Below are positions 41,801 through 51,814 of a DNA stretch of 64,000 bases, in pieces. The notes beneath the pieces are model-generated. The model was not told the DNA's origin. It ran no database searches and saw only the letters and a program-made list of their open reading frames with translations. Within the stretch, counting starts at the first letter, position 1, and every line of letters starts with the position of its first letter. This stretch comes from Bdellovibrionota bacterium (lineage in GTDB: Bacteria; Bdellovibrionota_C; UBA2361; JAAYZI01). The position numbers and the translations under genes are program-made. The stretch lies in assembly GCA_050950765.1 (NCBI GenBank), contig JBMNIF010000001.1:320001-384000 (forward strand), read 5' to 3'.

Positions 41801-41869
41801 TAATCCCGCGAGAGTTAAAATCAGAAGTATGTAACGTAAAATTTTTTTCACAGAGACGATTTTTAACAT
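38816..41869 (-). CDS. AsmA-like/YhdP (DUF3971-type) periplasmic bridge protein
   Basis: 1017 aa, N-terminal TM, beta-rich, C-terminal IPVLGKII...F.LKG...P.V typical of the AsmA_2 end. Confidence 0.75.
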   Translation of the reverse strand: MLKIVSVKKILRYILLILTLAGLSVITILSLLLFFVGIPLTQFIPASTLSFDTFRVEATSILLTFDSGFKVTATDTKIIKAETSEETLLGRVSATLDIKSFLHGKIAPRYIIINHPTINIIRDDTGLFISGRPFSDTQRRNSTTTAPPSEAINFFDALKMLQQSSSKLPSELQSLQGVQIDTAQVLFKDQILGDAWRAEIKEASLENRLNSSKLIISTELTLKREDATIPLTLLITLKEGEDYAKIKASLAFKNLDAFDNYIPEEFFNVFKASGRVSASARLTLEDNLEDILIESDLHHAKITSPQIFDAPLLFDDIDLDLHISPQDHLFSGVLTIKDQNGIIASNNFVIKKRENDIPYLELETSFSDFNIDQIPIYIPRKENPNLYEWLANRLNKAAIYNATIKVRTPLSTTLSFAEDSPETLLKADFDYDGLSVLYAPNAPTAEGLSGHFSMDRGNISITSSKGNILTQEINDLTVSIGDVLADGTETLKIEAIMQGLINEVTTVITEIAEADPLDFSGQHHSKIALSFLLNEDIRLQDVDFDINTKLSAATFTLKDTNRKKYTFTAPTADLKILHNDFSVSGTGYLQKNKLKFKVSEKMASFGDRLKISATGKLNLADYLTPLSNDYVTLKFNNSPSPLDLQLSRRSKTAWDISGTITFKDTALEIPLLKYKKPHASDLTLTTAATYQGANKLLSFQNFDLKAPSLNLLGNGTIDIRDPSKSTLQISRLHVAETDLSKLKYSANTLDIKGRKLALTPKKSEPQQVNLKKYTQSRDPFPTTLNLTADLGTFLLGERNFTNLKLNAIRTAKIWKDLQITSYLSKKGDLNIRLLSNSTPQKITIKADDAGALVRLFSDTSDVRNGSLIANIETKDKNMIDLQDIVGNIKVKSVNIVNQPILLQILSYFTAEKWLSQSSGVPFSEINIKFALKGLFLTLQEAKFDGPFLSINLRRVTINLKTGEIRGRGRVIPLRTIGKVSEHIPVLGKIISKTQQRVVAVPFSLKGTTKQPKVSFIF

Positions 41870-42074
41870 ATAAAAATTTATTCAACACTAAGCTTTATTT
41901 AAGAACAAGAGAGGGAGGTTTTTTCTTGTAAACAATGGCTGAAAGGTAATTTTCGGGATCGGGGGCTGGTATTAATCAGCAAATTAAATTAAGATCGCTC
42001 GCTGTCGGGTTTGCTCTGCAATAATGGCGGAGGAGCCGATTGATTCGGAAATTTATTCAGGTAAGGATATAAAC

Positions 42075-42776
42075 ATGATTTATTCTCATGAAGTTCAAAA
42101 TATGTGCCCTGTTGCAAAAGGGTGCAATCATGGACCAGCTCCAATTCCAGAAGAGGGGAAATGGGTACAGGTTAAGGAGGTAAAAGATATTTCAGGTCTG
42201 ACTCACGGTGTTGGTTGGTGTGCTCCACAGCAAGGCGCTTGTAAGTTGACCCTTAATATTAAGGATGGAATTATTGAAGAAGCTCTTGTAGAAACTATCG
42301 GCTGTTCCGGAATGACTCATTCAGCGGCTATGGCTTCTGAAATTTTAGTTGGCAAAACTATTCTCGAAGCGTTGAATACCGACCTTGTTTGCGATGCTAT
42401 TAACACTGCTATGCGAGAACTCTTCTTGCAGATCGTGTATGGACGTTCTCAATCTGCTTTTTCAGAAGGTGGCTTGCCAGTTGGTGCTGGCTTGGAGGAT
42501 CTCGGCAAGGGTTTGAGAACTCAGGTTGGAACGATGTATGCCACTAAGGTCAAAGGTCCCCGTTATTTGGAGACGGCTGAAGGGTATGTCAGTAAAGTTT
42601 TTCTTGATGCAGAGGGAGAGATCTGCGGTTATCAATTCGTACGGTTAGGCGTCATGATGGATCTTATCAAAAAGGGTACAGATGCAAATGAAGCTTTAGC
42701 TAAAGCGACAGGCTCTTACGGTCGCACAACCCCAGAAGATGGTGCTGTAAAGAGCATCGATCCACGTAAAGAATAA
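42075..42776 (+). CDS. NifU/IscU-like Fe-S scaffold protein (GGGtGRT partner)
   Basis: HGVGWCAPQQGACK, GCSGMTHSAAMA and LVCDAIN motifs; AAGGA SD before ATG 42075. Confidence 0.85.
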   Translation: MIYSHEVQNMCPVAKGCNHGPAPIPEEGKWVQVKEVKDISGLTHGVGWCAPQQGACKLTLNIKDGIIEEALVETIGCSGMTHSAAMASEILVGKTILEALNTDLVCDAINTAMRELFLQIVYGRSQSAFSEGGLPVGAGLEDLGKGLRTQVGTMYATKVKGPRYLETAEGYVSKVFLDAEGEICGYQFVRLGVMMDLIKKGTDANEALAKATGSYGRTTPEDGAVKSIDPRKE

Positions 42777-42797
42777 AGAAATTAAGGAGAATTCAAC

Positions 42798-43793
42798 ATG
42801 GCATTGTTTGAATCGTATGATCGTCGTGAACCGCAGATCTTAAAGACACTGAAAGAGTATGGCATTAACTCTATCGAGGAGTGTCTTGAAATCTGCAAAG
42901 CTAAGGGGTTTAACCCTTATGAAATTACAAAAGGCATACAACCGATTGCATTTGAAAATGCAGCTTGGGCGTATACTGTTGGTGCAGCTATCGCCATCAA
43001 AAAAGGGTGTAAAAAAGCTGCTGATGCTGCCATTGCTATCGGGGAGGGGTTGCAAAGCTTCTGTATTCTAGGTTCCGTAGCGGATGATAGAAAAGTTGGG
43101 CTTGGGCACGGTAATTTGGCTTCAATGTTGTTGAGAGAAGAGACAAAGTGTTTCTGTTTCTTAGCGGGGCATGAATCTTTTGCAGCAGCAGAGGGCGCTA
43201 TCGGTATTGCTAATTCTGCTAACAAAGTTCGTAAAACACCCCTTAAGGTTTGTTTAAACGGACTTGGAAAAGATGCTGCTTATATTATCAGCCGCATTAA
43301 CGGTTTTACTTATGTGCAGACCAAGTTTGATTATGCCACAGGTAAACTCACCATTGTTAAGGAGGTTCCTTTTTCTAAAGGACCGAAAGCGGAAGTGCGT
43401 TGTTATGGTGTTGATGATGTGCGTGAAGGTGTAGCGGTCATGTGGCAGGAGGGGGTTGATGTTTCTATTACTGGAAATTCAACTAATCCTACTCGCTTTC
43501 AACATCCCGTAGCTGGTACCTATAAGAAAGAGTGTGTTGATAAGGGGAAAAAGTATTTTTCAGTTGCTTCAGGTGGTGGTACTGGACGTACATTACATCC
43601 TGACAATATGGCTGCAGGCCCTGCCTCTTACGGTATGACCGATACTATGGGAAGGATGCACTCTGATGCTCAGTTTGCAGGATCTTCTTCCGTACCGGCG
43701 CACGTGGAGATGATGGGGCTAATCGGAATGGGCAATAACCCTATGGTAGGTGCGACGGTAGCTGTCGCAGTTGCTATTGAGGAAGCTGCCTGA
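42798..43793 (+). CDS. GGGtGRT family protein
   Basis: ASGGGTGRTLHPDN signature; AAGGAG SD. Confidence 0.92.
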   Translation: MALFESYDRREPQILKTLKEYGINSIEECLEICKAKGFNPYEITKGIQPIAFENAAWAYTVGAAIAIKKGCKKAADAAIAIGEGLQSFCILGSVADDRKVGLGHGNLASMLLREETKCFCFLAGHESFAAAEGAIGIANSANKVRKTPLKVCLNGLGKDAAYIISRINGFTYVQTKFDYATGKLTIVKEVPFSKGPKAEVRCYGVDDVREGVAVMWQEGVDVSITGNSTNPTRFQHPVAGTYKKECVDKGKKYFSVASGGGTGRTLHPDNMAAGPASYGMTDTMGRMHSDAQFAGSSSVPAHVEMMGLIGMGNNPMVGATVAVAVAIEEAA

Positions 43794-43943
43794 TCCCTGT
43801 ACTAGCTATAAAACTTAAGATAACGGGGCGCTTTCTGATAAAGGTTTCTGATAAACCTTTTTTATGCTCATAAAGCCGCCCCATTTTTTTACCTTCGTAG
43901 AAACCTAGCCGATCCGTTTTGCAGTTGCAGCCCGTCTTTCAAC

Positions 43944-45508
43944 CCCAAACTTTCCCCTTTTTACGTATGTTAAGTAAGTAACAGTTCGGCTATTTTTAGC
44001 TCTGCTTTAGTTTGCTCGGCTAAATACCAAGAGTCCCCAAGCCTAACTTTTTTAATTTCAGATAACCTTCTGATAGCATCTTCTAATGATATTGAAGTCG
44101 AAAGTTTATGTTTTTTTATTGTTTTTAATATTTCATAGCTCCACTGTATTGCTATGTGATTCACGAACATCCATCCCTGAAATTTATCATCATCACTCAT
44201 ATATGAAGCATCTGCTTTTAAAACAGTTTTTAACGTATCAAAAGATTGTTCAATAGATAGTCGCATTTTGTATAACGTGTATATTTCTTCTGCGGATGAG
44301 TCCAAATTTGAAAAGAATGCAACAGTTCCTAGCCTCACTTTTTTTAAATCAACATCTGTTAAATTGTATTTTTCTGGATGAGATATTGTTAATGAAACTA
44401 AGTTATTTTCCTCTTCACCTGCTAAAAACGGGTCTCTAAACAGATATATAAATCCATTCCCAATCTTATATTTTTTATATCTTAAGTACGTTTTATTATA
44501 TTCAATAACGTTCCTGCTTGTTTCTATTCCATCATAGTCTATAAGAGAGCTATTTCTACGCAATGGAATAACAAAGCTAAGTTTATTCTCTATAAGATCT
44601 TTAACGTTAGACTCTGAATAGAAACCCTTATCTGCAATAATAGTAGCATCACCAATTTCTGATTCTTGGATAGTTAAAGATAGAGCTTTTACATCTCTTA
44701 TATTCCCAGCCAATAACCTATAATAGACTGGTTGTTGCAATTTTTTAGAGTAAATATAAAGCAAACTCGCCTGCGTTTCCCAAAAATGGTCTTTATTATA
44801 TCCTCCTTTAGCAAGACTCGACTTTCTCATAGATGTTCTAAGAAATGTAGAATCAATTAACAAAAAATCTTTTCCATGAATAAAACTCTTCATATATTCA
44901 GAACGAGCAAATTCATCTTTCCCAATCGATTGCAAAATATTCGGAATAGCTTTCTTATTAAGAAGAAAATTAAGTTTTTCACTCAACATACTGTTTTCAA
45001 AATCATCATTCATGCGTTTAATAGGAGAGCAATGTTTGATCCTGCTGTATGACATCAGCAAAATAGCCTTCCACTTATCTGGAAAATAACACCGAAGTCT
45101 TTCAATAATTGTTTTTTGATTGAGGATAAATTGAGATAAACCATACTCTCTGCACTTAATATTCACAGCAGGTACAAGGCTTCTCTTCTCACTTGGTATA
45201 AAACCGTCCTCTTCTGTAATTCGTCCAAGTAATTTACCAGTAACTTTCACGCTCCTTTTCCTCTCAGGGTCATACTTATAGCTGTAGCTATATAGGTAAT
45301 ATCTCCCATTGATAAGACGTACCTCTTTTCCTTTCTCTCGATATTTTGTTGCCCAATCAGGGTGTATTTTTGCTTTCTTTCCCATACCTAAATACGTATG
45401 TCAAAACAACAAAAAAGTCAACCCCCTTTTTTGTTAATTTTTAAAAAATTTCTATAGGTTATAACAATATGTTACTTTATTGTTACGTAAATCACAGAAA
45501 AGTTTGGG
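43944..45508 (-). mobile_element. Complete IS1634/IS4-like insertion sequence (1565 bp) with 6-bp TSD TTCAAC
   Basis: Imperfect TIRs CCCAAACTTT..TTACGTA / TACGTAA..AAAGTTTGGG; TTCAAC at 43938-43943 and 45509-45514. Confidence 0.92.
43970..45385 (-). CDS. DDE transposase (IS1634/IS4 superfamily)
   Basis: LLIDST, IIADKGFYS and Y..R..IEQSF..LK catalytic motifs. Confidence 0.92.
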   Translation of the reverse strand: MGKKAKIHPDWATKYREKGKEVRLINGRYYLYSYSYKYDPERKRSVKVTGKLLGRITEEDGFIPSEKRSLVPAVNIKCREYGLSQFILNQKTIIERLRCYFPDKWKAILLMSYSRIKHCSPIKRMNDDFENSMLSEKLNFLLNKKAIPNILQSIGKDEFARSEYMKSFIHGKDFLLIDSTFLRTSMRKSSLAKGGYNKDHFWETQASLLYIYSKKLQQPVYYRLLAGNIRDVKALSLTIQESEIGDATIIADKGFYSESNVKDLIENKLSFVIPLRRNSSLIDYDGIETSRNVIEYNKTYLRYKKYKIGNGFIYLFRDPFLAGEEENNLVSLTISHPEKYNLTDVDLKKVRLGTVAFFSNLDSSAEEIYTLYKMRLSIEQSFDTLKTVLKADASYMSDDDKFQGWMFVNHIAIQWSYEILKTIKKHKLSTSISLEDAIRRLSEIKKVRLGDSWYLAEQTKAELKIAELLLT

Positions 45509-45895
45509 TTCAACCGGTGGGCGGTCGTCCTTGGTGGGTGGCACCAAAACCACCAAATGTTAAGTTTTCGCTAACATTTTGATATTATTAGCTATCGTAA
45601 TTTTAGAGTCTTGTAGCACTAGTGGGTGGCACCAAAAAGTCGAATTCTAAACTTTTGCTAACATCTTGATATTATTGAATGTTGTAATTTTAGAGTCTTT
45701 TAGCTCTGGTGGGTGGAACCGTCCTTGAAGGGTGGCACCAAATTCCCAGCCACCAGAACTAAGCCTGCTCAGTTATTCTTGGTGGGTGGTACCAAATTTT
45801 TAACCTCCGTAAAGATCTAGCTGATCCGCTTTGCAGTTGCAGCCCGTCTTTCAACCGGTGGGCAACTGTCCCTGAAGGGTGGCACCAAATTAAAC

Positions 45896-46629
45896 TTATC
45901 TACTCTCGCGTCTGCGTTCTTCTTCTTCAGTCCGCATTTTCCAATTATGCTCTTCAAGCCACATATCAAATATTTCATCTTTGTTCATTGTGACTTCGTT
46001 TTTTTTAATCCTATCATCACTCTCTGGAAATAAGACCTTACACTTTGTCTCTTTAGAAAATTGGTTAAATTTGAATATCTCTTTATCAGTTAAAGAAGAG
46101 CATTCTCTTAAATCAAGTTGTTTTAAATTTGCATAATAAATTCCTTGAATCCCATGAGGGAGATGATGTTCACTAACTATAACTAGCTTCTCTAAGGTTT
46201 CTATATACATGCATGCCCAGCATACTTCATCAAATAGAGAATTATGTATTCTGTCTGAAGTGGTTATTTCGAGAGTTCTAAGTCCTGTAAATTTTCTTAA
46301 CTCATCTCCCAGTATATTTACTTGGTCGCTATAGTCTCCGGTTTTTAAAGTTAGTTTTTCTAAACTTGAAAATGTTTCTGCAATAGGATTGATTTTTTCT
46401 TTAAAAGTTTCTTCATTATTAAGCCAAGCAGCAAGCTTTTTAAAGTCAAGAGTTAAGCTAACTACTTCACCAAGTTTATTAGTTTCTATATCTTCAGCTT
46501 TAATACCTGATTCTTTTAAAACTTTGAAATGTTCTGGGCAAACTTGCTTGCCGTCATAATCTATTAATTTGGGGACTGTGAGTTCCTCCCCCCCCTCTCA
46601 TCTTTTGGAGTTTTTTCAAATAGTTGCAT
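45896..46629 (-). pseudogene. Leucine-rich-repeat-like protein frameshifted at a G8 tract
   Basis: GAGAGG SD and ATG 46629; G8 (C8 on + strand, 46588-46595) leads to an early stop, while G9 joins an open frame continuing into ORF 45896..46210; LxxLxL repeats. Confidence 0.7.
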
Positions 46630-46761
46630 AATTTCCTCTCATATTTTAGAATTATTTTTACAATCGAAAGCATGATTCTAGAGCAATTTTCTAAAATCAC
46701 TATTAGCATATTCTAACACAAACTAGTTTTGCTTCTTAAAAGTTGCAATAGACTCTTCTTA

Positions 46762-47345
46762 CTGAAGGGTGGCACCAAATTTTTAACCTCCGTCCAGATC
46801 TAGCTGATCCCGCTTTTTAGTTGCAGCCCGTCTTTCAACCGGTGGGCGGTCGTCCTTGAAGGGTGGCACCTGCTTTTTAAGCCCCTTCCAATTAGGACAC
46901 CCACTTTTTGCTGAAGGGTGGCACCAAATTTTTAACCTCCGTAAGGATCTAGCCGATCCGTTTTGCAATTTTATCCCGTTCGGTCGTCCCTGAAGGGTGG
47001 CACCAAATTTTTTACCTCCGTCCAGATCTAGCTGATCCCGTTTTTTAGTTGCAGCCAGTCTTTCAACCGGTGGGCAACCGTCCCTGAAGGGTGGCACCAA
47101 AAAGCCGAATTCTAAACTTTTGCTAACGTCTTGATATTATTAGATGTTGTAATTTTAGACTCTTTTAGCTCTGGTGGGTGGCACCTGCTTTTTAAGCCCC
47201 TTCCAATTAGGACACCCACTTTTTACTGAAGGGTGGCACCAAATTTTTGACCCCAAATTTTTGACCTCCGTCCAGATCTAGCTGAGCCCGTTTTTTAGTT
47301 GCAGCCCGTCTTTCAACCGGTGGCAACCGTCCTTGGTGGGTGGCG
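46762..47345 (+). repeat. Modular repeat cluster R5
   Basis: Multiple GAAGGGTGGCACCA cores with A, B and C modules. Confidence 0.9.
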
Positions 47346-47396
47346 CTCTTACTGCTGGGGTGGGGGGTCGTCACTGGCGGGGGGCGGCATTAGAAT

Positions 47397-48809
47397 TTAA
47401 CGGTGCCTCGTTTGTAAGGTTGAAACGATATCACCTAAAGTGATCCCCTTTTCTTCTAGCAAAACCAAAAGGTGATAAAGTAGATCTGAAACTTCGCCAT
47501 TAAGAGCTTCCTTTCCCTGAGCGAGGGCAGCAACTATCACTTCTACCGCTTCTTCACCGACCTTTTCTGTAATCTTCGGCACCCCTTTTTGAAAAAGGTT
47601 ACAGGTGTAGGAGGCTTCTTTAGGGTTACGCTTACGCTCTGCAATCAATTCCTGTAAAGAGAGGAGAAATTGTAACGGATGTTGAAAAGTTACCTCCCCA
47701 AAACAGCTCTTACTACCACTATGACAGGTCGGACCAGCCGGATCTGCTAAAATAAGGAGGGTATCTTTATCACAATCATGAAAGATGTTTTTTAAAAGTA
47801 AAAAATTAGAGGAGGTCTCGCCTTTCACCCATAAACGATTTTGAGAGCGACTGAAAAAGGTAACTTTGCCGCTTTCTAGAGTTTTTAACAAAGCTTCCTG
47901 ATTCATGTAGCCTAACATTAAAACTTCTCCGCTCTTGTAGTGCTGTATTACAGCGGGGATAAGTCCGTCACCTTTCGTAAAATCAAGATCTGCAATGTTA
48001 AATTTTGAGTTCAAAGCGCCTTCCAAAGTTTCTAAAGATCCGTTTTTAGGCGGAGTTATTTTAACAGGAACGTTTTCATCTGCTAAGTACCTCTTGAGCC
48101 CTGAAATTGAAAGCTCTCCAAAGTGAAAGATACCAGCTGCTAAGGCGGCATCAGCACGCCCTTTTGTTAAAACTTCAAGGAAGTGTTCTTTTTTTCCAGC
48201 TCCACCTGAGGCAATGACAGGGATGTGACAAGCGTTTGAAACACTTTGCGTCAACTCTACATCAAAGCCCTGCTTTGTCCCGTCACAATCCATGCTAGTT
48301 AATAATATCTCACCTGCACCACGCGCTTCCGCTTCTTTTGCCCATTCAATTACATCTTTGCCTGTGGCGTTGCGACCACCATGTGTATAAACTTCCCAAC
48401 CTTTTGAAGTACGTTTTGCATCAATGGCAATTACAACACACTTACTACCAAAGCGATCGGCTAGGGCAGTGATAATAGCAGGATCTTTAACAGCAGCTGT
48501 GTTGATGCCGATCTTATTCGCACCCGCTTCTAATAAAGCGATGCCATCTTCAAGGGATTGTACACCACCTCCAACGATAAACGGGATATCAATTTCCGCA
48601 GCGATCTTTTTTACCAGATCGCGTAACGTCTCTCGTTTTTCGAGAGTTGCTGTAATATCTAAAAAAACGAGTTCATCAGCACCGTGCTCCACGTATGTTT
48701 TTGCTAGTTCTACGGGATCGCCAGCATCAATCAGATTAACGAAGTTTACTCCCTTAACGGTCCTGCCATCTTTAATATCAAGACACGGTATGATGCGTTT
48801 TATTAGCAT
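47397..48809 (-). CDS. hisF: HisF-HisIE fusion (IGP synthase cyclase + PR-AMP cyclohydrolase/PR-ATP pyrophosphatase)
   Basis: RIIPCLD...[10 protein letters not shown]...DGTKQG (HisF), then [20 protein letters not shown] (HisI) and [16 protein letters not shown] (HisE) in one frame. Confidence 0.92.
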   Translation of the reverse strand: MLIKRIIPCLDIKDGRTVKGVNFVNLIDAGDPVELAKTYVEHGADELVFLDITATLEKRETLRDLVKKIAAEIDIPFIVGGGVQSLEDGIALLEAGANKIGINTAAVKDPAIITALADRFGSKCVVIAIDAKRTSKGWEVYTHGGRNATGKDVIEWAKEAEARGAGEILLTSMDCDGTKQGFDVELTQSVSNACHIPVIASGGAGKKEHFLEVLTKGRADAALAAGIFHFGELSISGLKRYLADENVPVKITPPKNGSLETLEGALNSKFNIADLDFTKGDGLIPAVIQHYKSGEVLMLGYMNQEALLKTLESGKVTFFSRSQNRLWVKGETSSNFLLLKNIFHDCDKDTLLILADPAGPTCHSGSKSCFGEVTFQHPLQFLLSLQELIAERKRNPKEASYTCNLFQKGVPKITEKVGEEAVEVIVAALAQGKEALNGEVSDLLYHLLVLLEEKGITLGDIVSTLQTRHR

Positions 48810-48833
48810 ATTAAAAATCCTTACAAATTCACT

Positions 48834-49691
48834 TTAATATTTTTTTAATAACATAGCACTCCAACCCTCTGCCTTGCGGATCTCCTTACGTTCCCAGAGC
48901 GGATCTGTGTAGCGCGAGAGTTCGGGGAGGTCTGCACTATGAAATCCTGAAATAAGTAGCCAAGCGCCGTGCTTAGTTGCTTTATACAGTACGTCATGCA
49001 GCTTTTCCAGTAATTCGGCGTAGAGGTTTGCTATAACTAGATCGTATTCACCATTAAACCATGAGGCGGCATCTGCTTGGCAGACAGAGACACTCGAAGT
49101 GACATTATTTAAAGTGACGTTTTCAATAGCATTAGCTACCGCATCGGGGTCGTTATCAAAAGCGTCTACGCTAGCATTAAAAAGTTTGGAGGCGGCAATG
49201 GCTAAAAGTCCACTACCTGTTCCGACATCGAGGACACGTTTAGGGCAGCACTTTTTTAGATCTTCATTTTGTAAGATTGCAGTAGCTTGATTTGTTGTGG
49301 CGTGATGTCCTGTTCCAAAGCCGCAACCAGGGATAATGTAGATCTCTTGTGCGGTGGCTTGAGGTAGCGCCTGCCCCTGTTCCAAACTCAGAACGGGGAT
49401 GATAGTGAGATTATTTATTTCAAGTTTCTGCCAAACCTCTTCACACTTTTGCACCCAATTCGTTGCAGGAACAGGTTCAGCAGAGATAATTTTTAAAGGA
49501 AGTGAGGTGACGTTTTTCGAAAATGAAGCTAGCCCATCTTTCGTTGCTTGCAAAAAACATTGAATTTGATGGTTTTCTAAAAGCTCCGTGCCGGAAGCCC
49601 CCAGATCAATTAACTCACACCCTAAAAGGTCTAAGTCCGCTGTGCTATCTGCTTCTAAAAGGATTGACCACCAAATAATATCGCTCTGCAT
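48834..49691 (-). CDS. prmA: Ribosomal protein L11 methyltransferase
   Basis: PGCGFGTGHHATT, LDVGTGSGLLAI and DLVIANL motifs. Confidence 0.9.
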   Translation of the reverse strand: MQSDIIWWSILLEADSTADLDLLGCELIDLGASGTELLENHQIQCFLQATKDGLASFSKNVTSLPLKIISAEPVPATNWVQKCEEVWQKLEINNLTIIPVLSLEQGQALPQATAQEIYIIPGCGFGTGHHATTNQATAILQNEDLKKCCPKRVLDVGTGSGLLAIAASKLFNASVDAFDNDPDAVANAIENVTLNNVTSSVSVCQADAASWFNGEYDLVIANLYAELLEKLHDVLYKATKHGAWLLISGFHSADLPELSRYTDPLWERKEIRKAEGWSAMLLKKY

Positions 49692-49730
49692 ATTTATCTC
49701 TATAATCGATTTATAATGAAGTTGTTCAAG

Positions 49731-50210
49731 CTAGTCCAACAACTCGACGGAATTATCCGATCCAAGCATTAGATCAAGTTGTAACGGTTCTTGTCCTGAA
49801 TGAAAATCAGGATATACGAACTCTCCCTCTCCAATAGCACTTTTTATCGTTATTTTAATTGAATCAGTTGCGGCTTGGACGATCTGCAAAGAATAGCTAC
49901 CACTTTGATCGCAAGTTGTGCTGTTTGTACCTTGTGAAGTTTCAAATGTAATAGTGGCGGCACTTAAAGGCTTGGCTCTCCAGTCTAGAATCTGACCCGT
50001 AACGGTGAAGGCAGAAGCTTGAATTGGAGATGGACTCTCTATTTTTGCTAATTCTGAAGAGGTAGAAGGTGTTGTTGATATCTCTTCTTTTGCAGTACAC
50101 CCTATAATAAAAAACGGTATGACAAATAAAGCTTGTGCAAGTAACGACAGCCGAACTTTATCAAAGGAAAGGGAGAGGTATCTTTTTTTATTTTTAGCAC
50201 TACGCATCAT
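49731..50210 (-). CDS. Putative lipoprotein with carboxypeptidase-regulatory-like beta domain
   Basis: IIGC lipobox-like; VTGQILD..PL..ATI..T.D.SG.Y pattern. Confidence 0.6.
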   Translation of the reverse strand: MMRSAKNKKRYLSLSFDKVRLSLLAQALFVIPFFIIGCTAKEEISTTPSTSSELAKIESPSPIQASAFTVTGQILDWRAKPLSAATITFETSQGTNSTTCDQSGSYSLQIVQAATDSIKITIKSAIGEGEFVYPDFHSGQEPLQLDLMLGSDNSVELLD

Positions 50211-50717
50211 TATCTATCTACCTTAGTTAATACTACTCAATCTTTATTCTTATTTAATACTCCAAGCCGTTAGAGATGGGAAAGGGGAAAACTCTAATTT
50301 ATTGATTGTGATCTCGTTTAGATCTTTGCTAATGGAGAAAAAAGAAGGTAAAAACCTCAACAATCTTTTTCAGATAATTTGTAGTGATGTTAGTCAGATA
50401 GCTCGGATAGTGAACGCCCTTAAACGGTTAAAACCTTGTGTTTTGTTTTCTCAAGATGTATAGGGTGTTGCGATTCCATTGTTGTTGATCGTATCTCTCC
50501 TCTTAAAAAAGTGAGGTAGGGGCGGAGAGCGTGTTTTGATGTATACGCTTCAAAGTCTATCTATTGACCTATTCGTGATAGCGATAGCATAAATAGCTCT
50601 GACTTCTTGTGCGGTCTCGGTCTGTTTCGAGGCGGTTATGCCGAGTGTTTAGCCGCTGAAATAATGCTCTCCGAGTAATTTGTTTTTGTTTTTGTAAGTT
50701 TTTTTGAGGATAAGCTG

Positions 50718-51779
50718 ATGCTTCCTTTTTCGTTTAAACATGTTTGTATCGAATCGTATGCTCTGCATTTGCCGGAGAAAATTGTTACTTCTGATGAAAT
50801 TGAAAAGAATTTTGCCAATCTTTATGAAAGATTGAGTATACCGATGGGAACGTTGGAGCGTTTAAGCGGTATTAAGGAGCGTAGGTTTTTTGGTGATGAT
50901 GAAACTCCCAGTCAGGTTGCGACGATAGCGGGGAAGAAAGCCATTGAAAAGATCGGATTCGATAAGGAGCATCTCAAAGCACTCTTTAACTGTTCTGTCA
51001 CGCGTGATTATTTTGAACCAGCGACAGCTGTGATCGTGCATAACGCCTTAGGCTTTTCAGAAGATACTATTGCACTTGATATTACTAACGCCTGTATCGG
51101 ATTTTCGCACGGTATGGTGACACTCGCCAATATGATTGAAAGTGGAGCGCTGAAAGCAGGGCTAGTAGTTGCGGGAGAGAATATTTCGCGTATTACAAAT
51201 GCGACTTATAAATTCATTGAAGAGAATCAGAGCGTTGACCGCACAGAATTCTTGCAACTGATGGCGACTTTTACGTTAGGGAGTGGTGCTGTTGCTATGG
51301 TGTTGGCGCATGATAGTATCGCAACGACAAAACATAGACTTGTTTCGTGCGTTTCAAGGGCAGCTTCTGTTTGTCATAAGATGTGTATGGGTAATGGCGA
51401 TTTCTGTTTTAATCAGGTGGTGGATCTTAATCCGATTATGCACACTGATTCACATCCGTTAATGGCTAATGCTGCCGAATTGGGCGGACGAACTTGGGCG
51501 GATCTCTCGGCGGCGACTGGTTGGTCGGTTGATGATGTTGATAATATCTTTTGTCATCAAGTCGGTAAGGCTGTTAACACTGGCTTTTATAAAACGATGG
51601 GACTTCCGATGGAGAAGGAGTACACCGTTTATCAAAAGTATGGAAATATGATCTCAGCAGCAATGCCAGCTGCGCTCTTTTCTGCGGCTGAAGAGGGATG
51701 TATTAAGCCAGGAACTAAGAATGTGTTAACTGCTTTCGGTAGTGGATTAAATGCACTCTTTACCGGACTGATCTGGTAA
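50718..51779 (+). CDS. oleA: OleA thiolase-fold acyl-CoA condensing enzyme
   Basis: DYFEPATA (Glu), DITNACIG (Cys), T.GSGA.A, CHQVG (His) and YGN motifs; context with oleBC and oleD. Confidence 0.88.
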   Translation: MLPFSFKHVCIESYALHLPEKIVTSDEIEKNFANLYERLSIPMGTLERLSGIKERRFFGDDETPSQVATIAGKKAIEKIGFDKEHLKALFNCSVTRDYFEPATAVIVHNALGFSEDTIALDITNACIGFSHGMVTLANMIESGALKAGLVVAGENISRITNATYKFIEENQSVDRTEFLQLMATFTLGSGAVAMVLAHDSIATTKHRLVSCVSRAASVCHKMCMGNGDFCFNQVVDLNPIMHTDSHPLMANAAELGGRTWADLSAATGWSVDDVDNIFCHQVGKAVNTGFYKTMGLPMEKEYTVYQKYGNMISAAMPAALFSAAEEGCIKPGTKNVLTAFGSGLNALFTGLIW

Positions 51780-51814
51780 AAGATTCACTCTACAATTAAA
51801 GAGGTGATAGATTT

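Larger units (their letters stand above)
43886..45890 (+). repeat. Modular repeat cluster R4, interrupted by the IS at 43944-45508
   Basis: A module begins at ~43886 and resumes at 45509; further cores and C modules run to ~45890. Confidence 0.85.

Noticed and set aside
50590..50680. Possible riboswitch upstream of oleA (GCGGTTA...TAGCCGC stem)
   Set aside because: Only a short stem is visible and I could not match any riboswitch consensus by eye.
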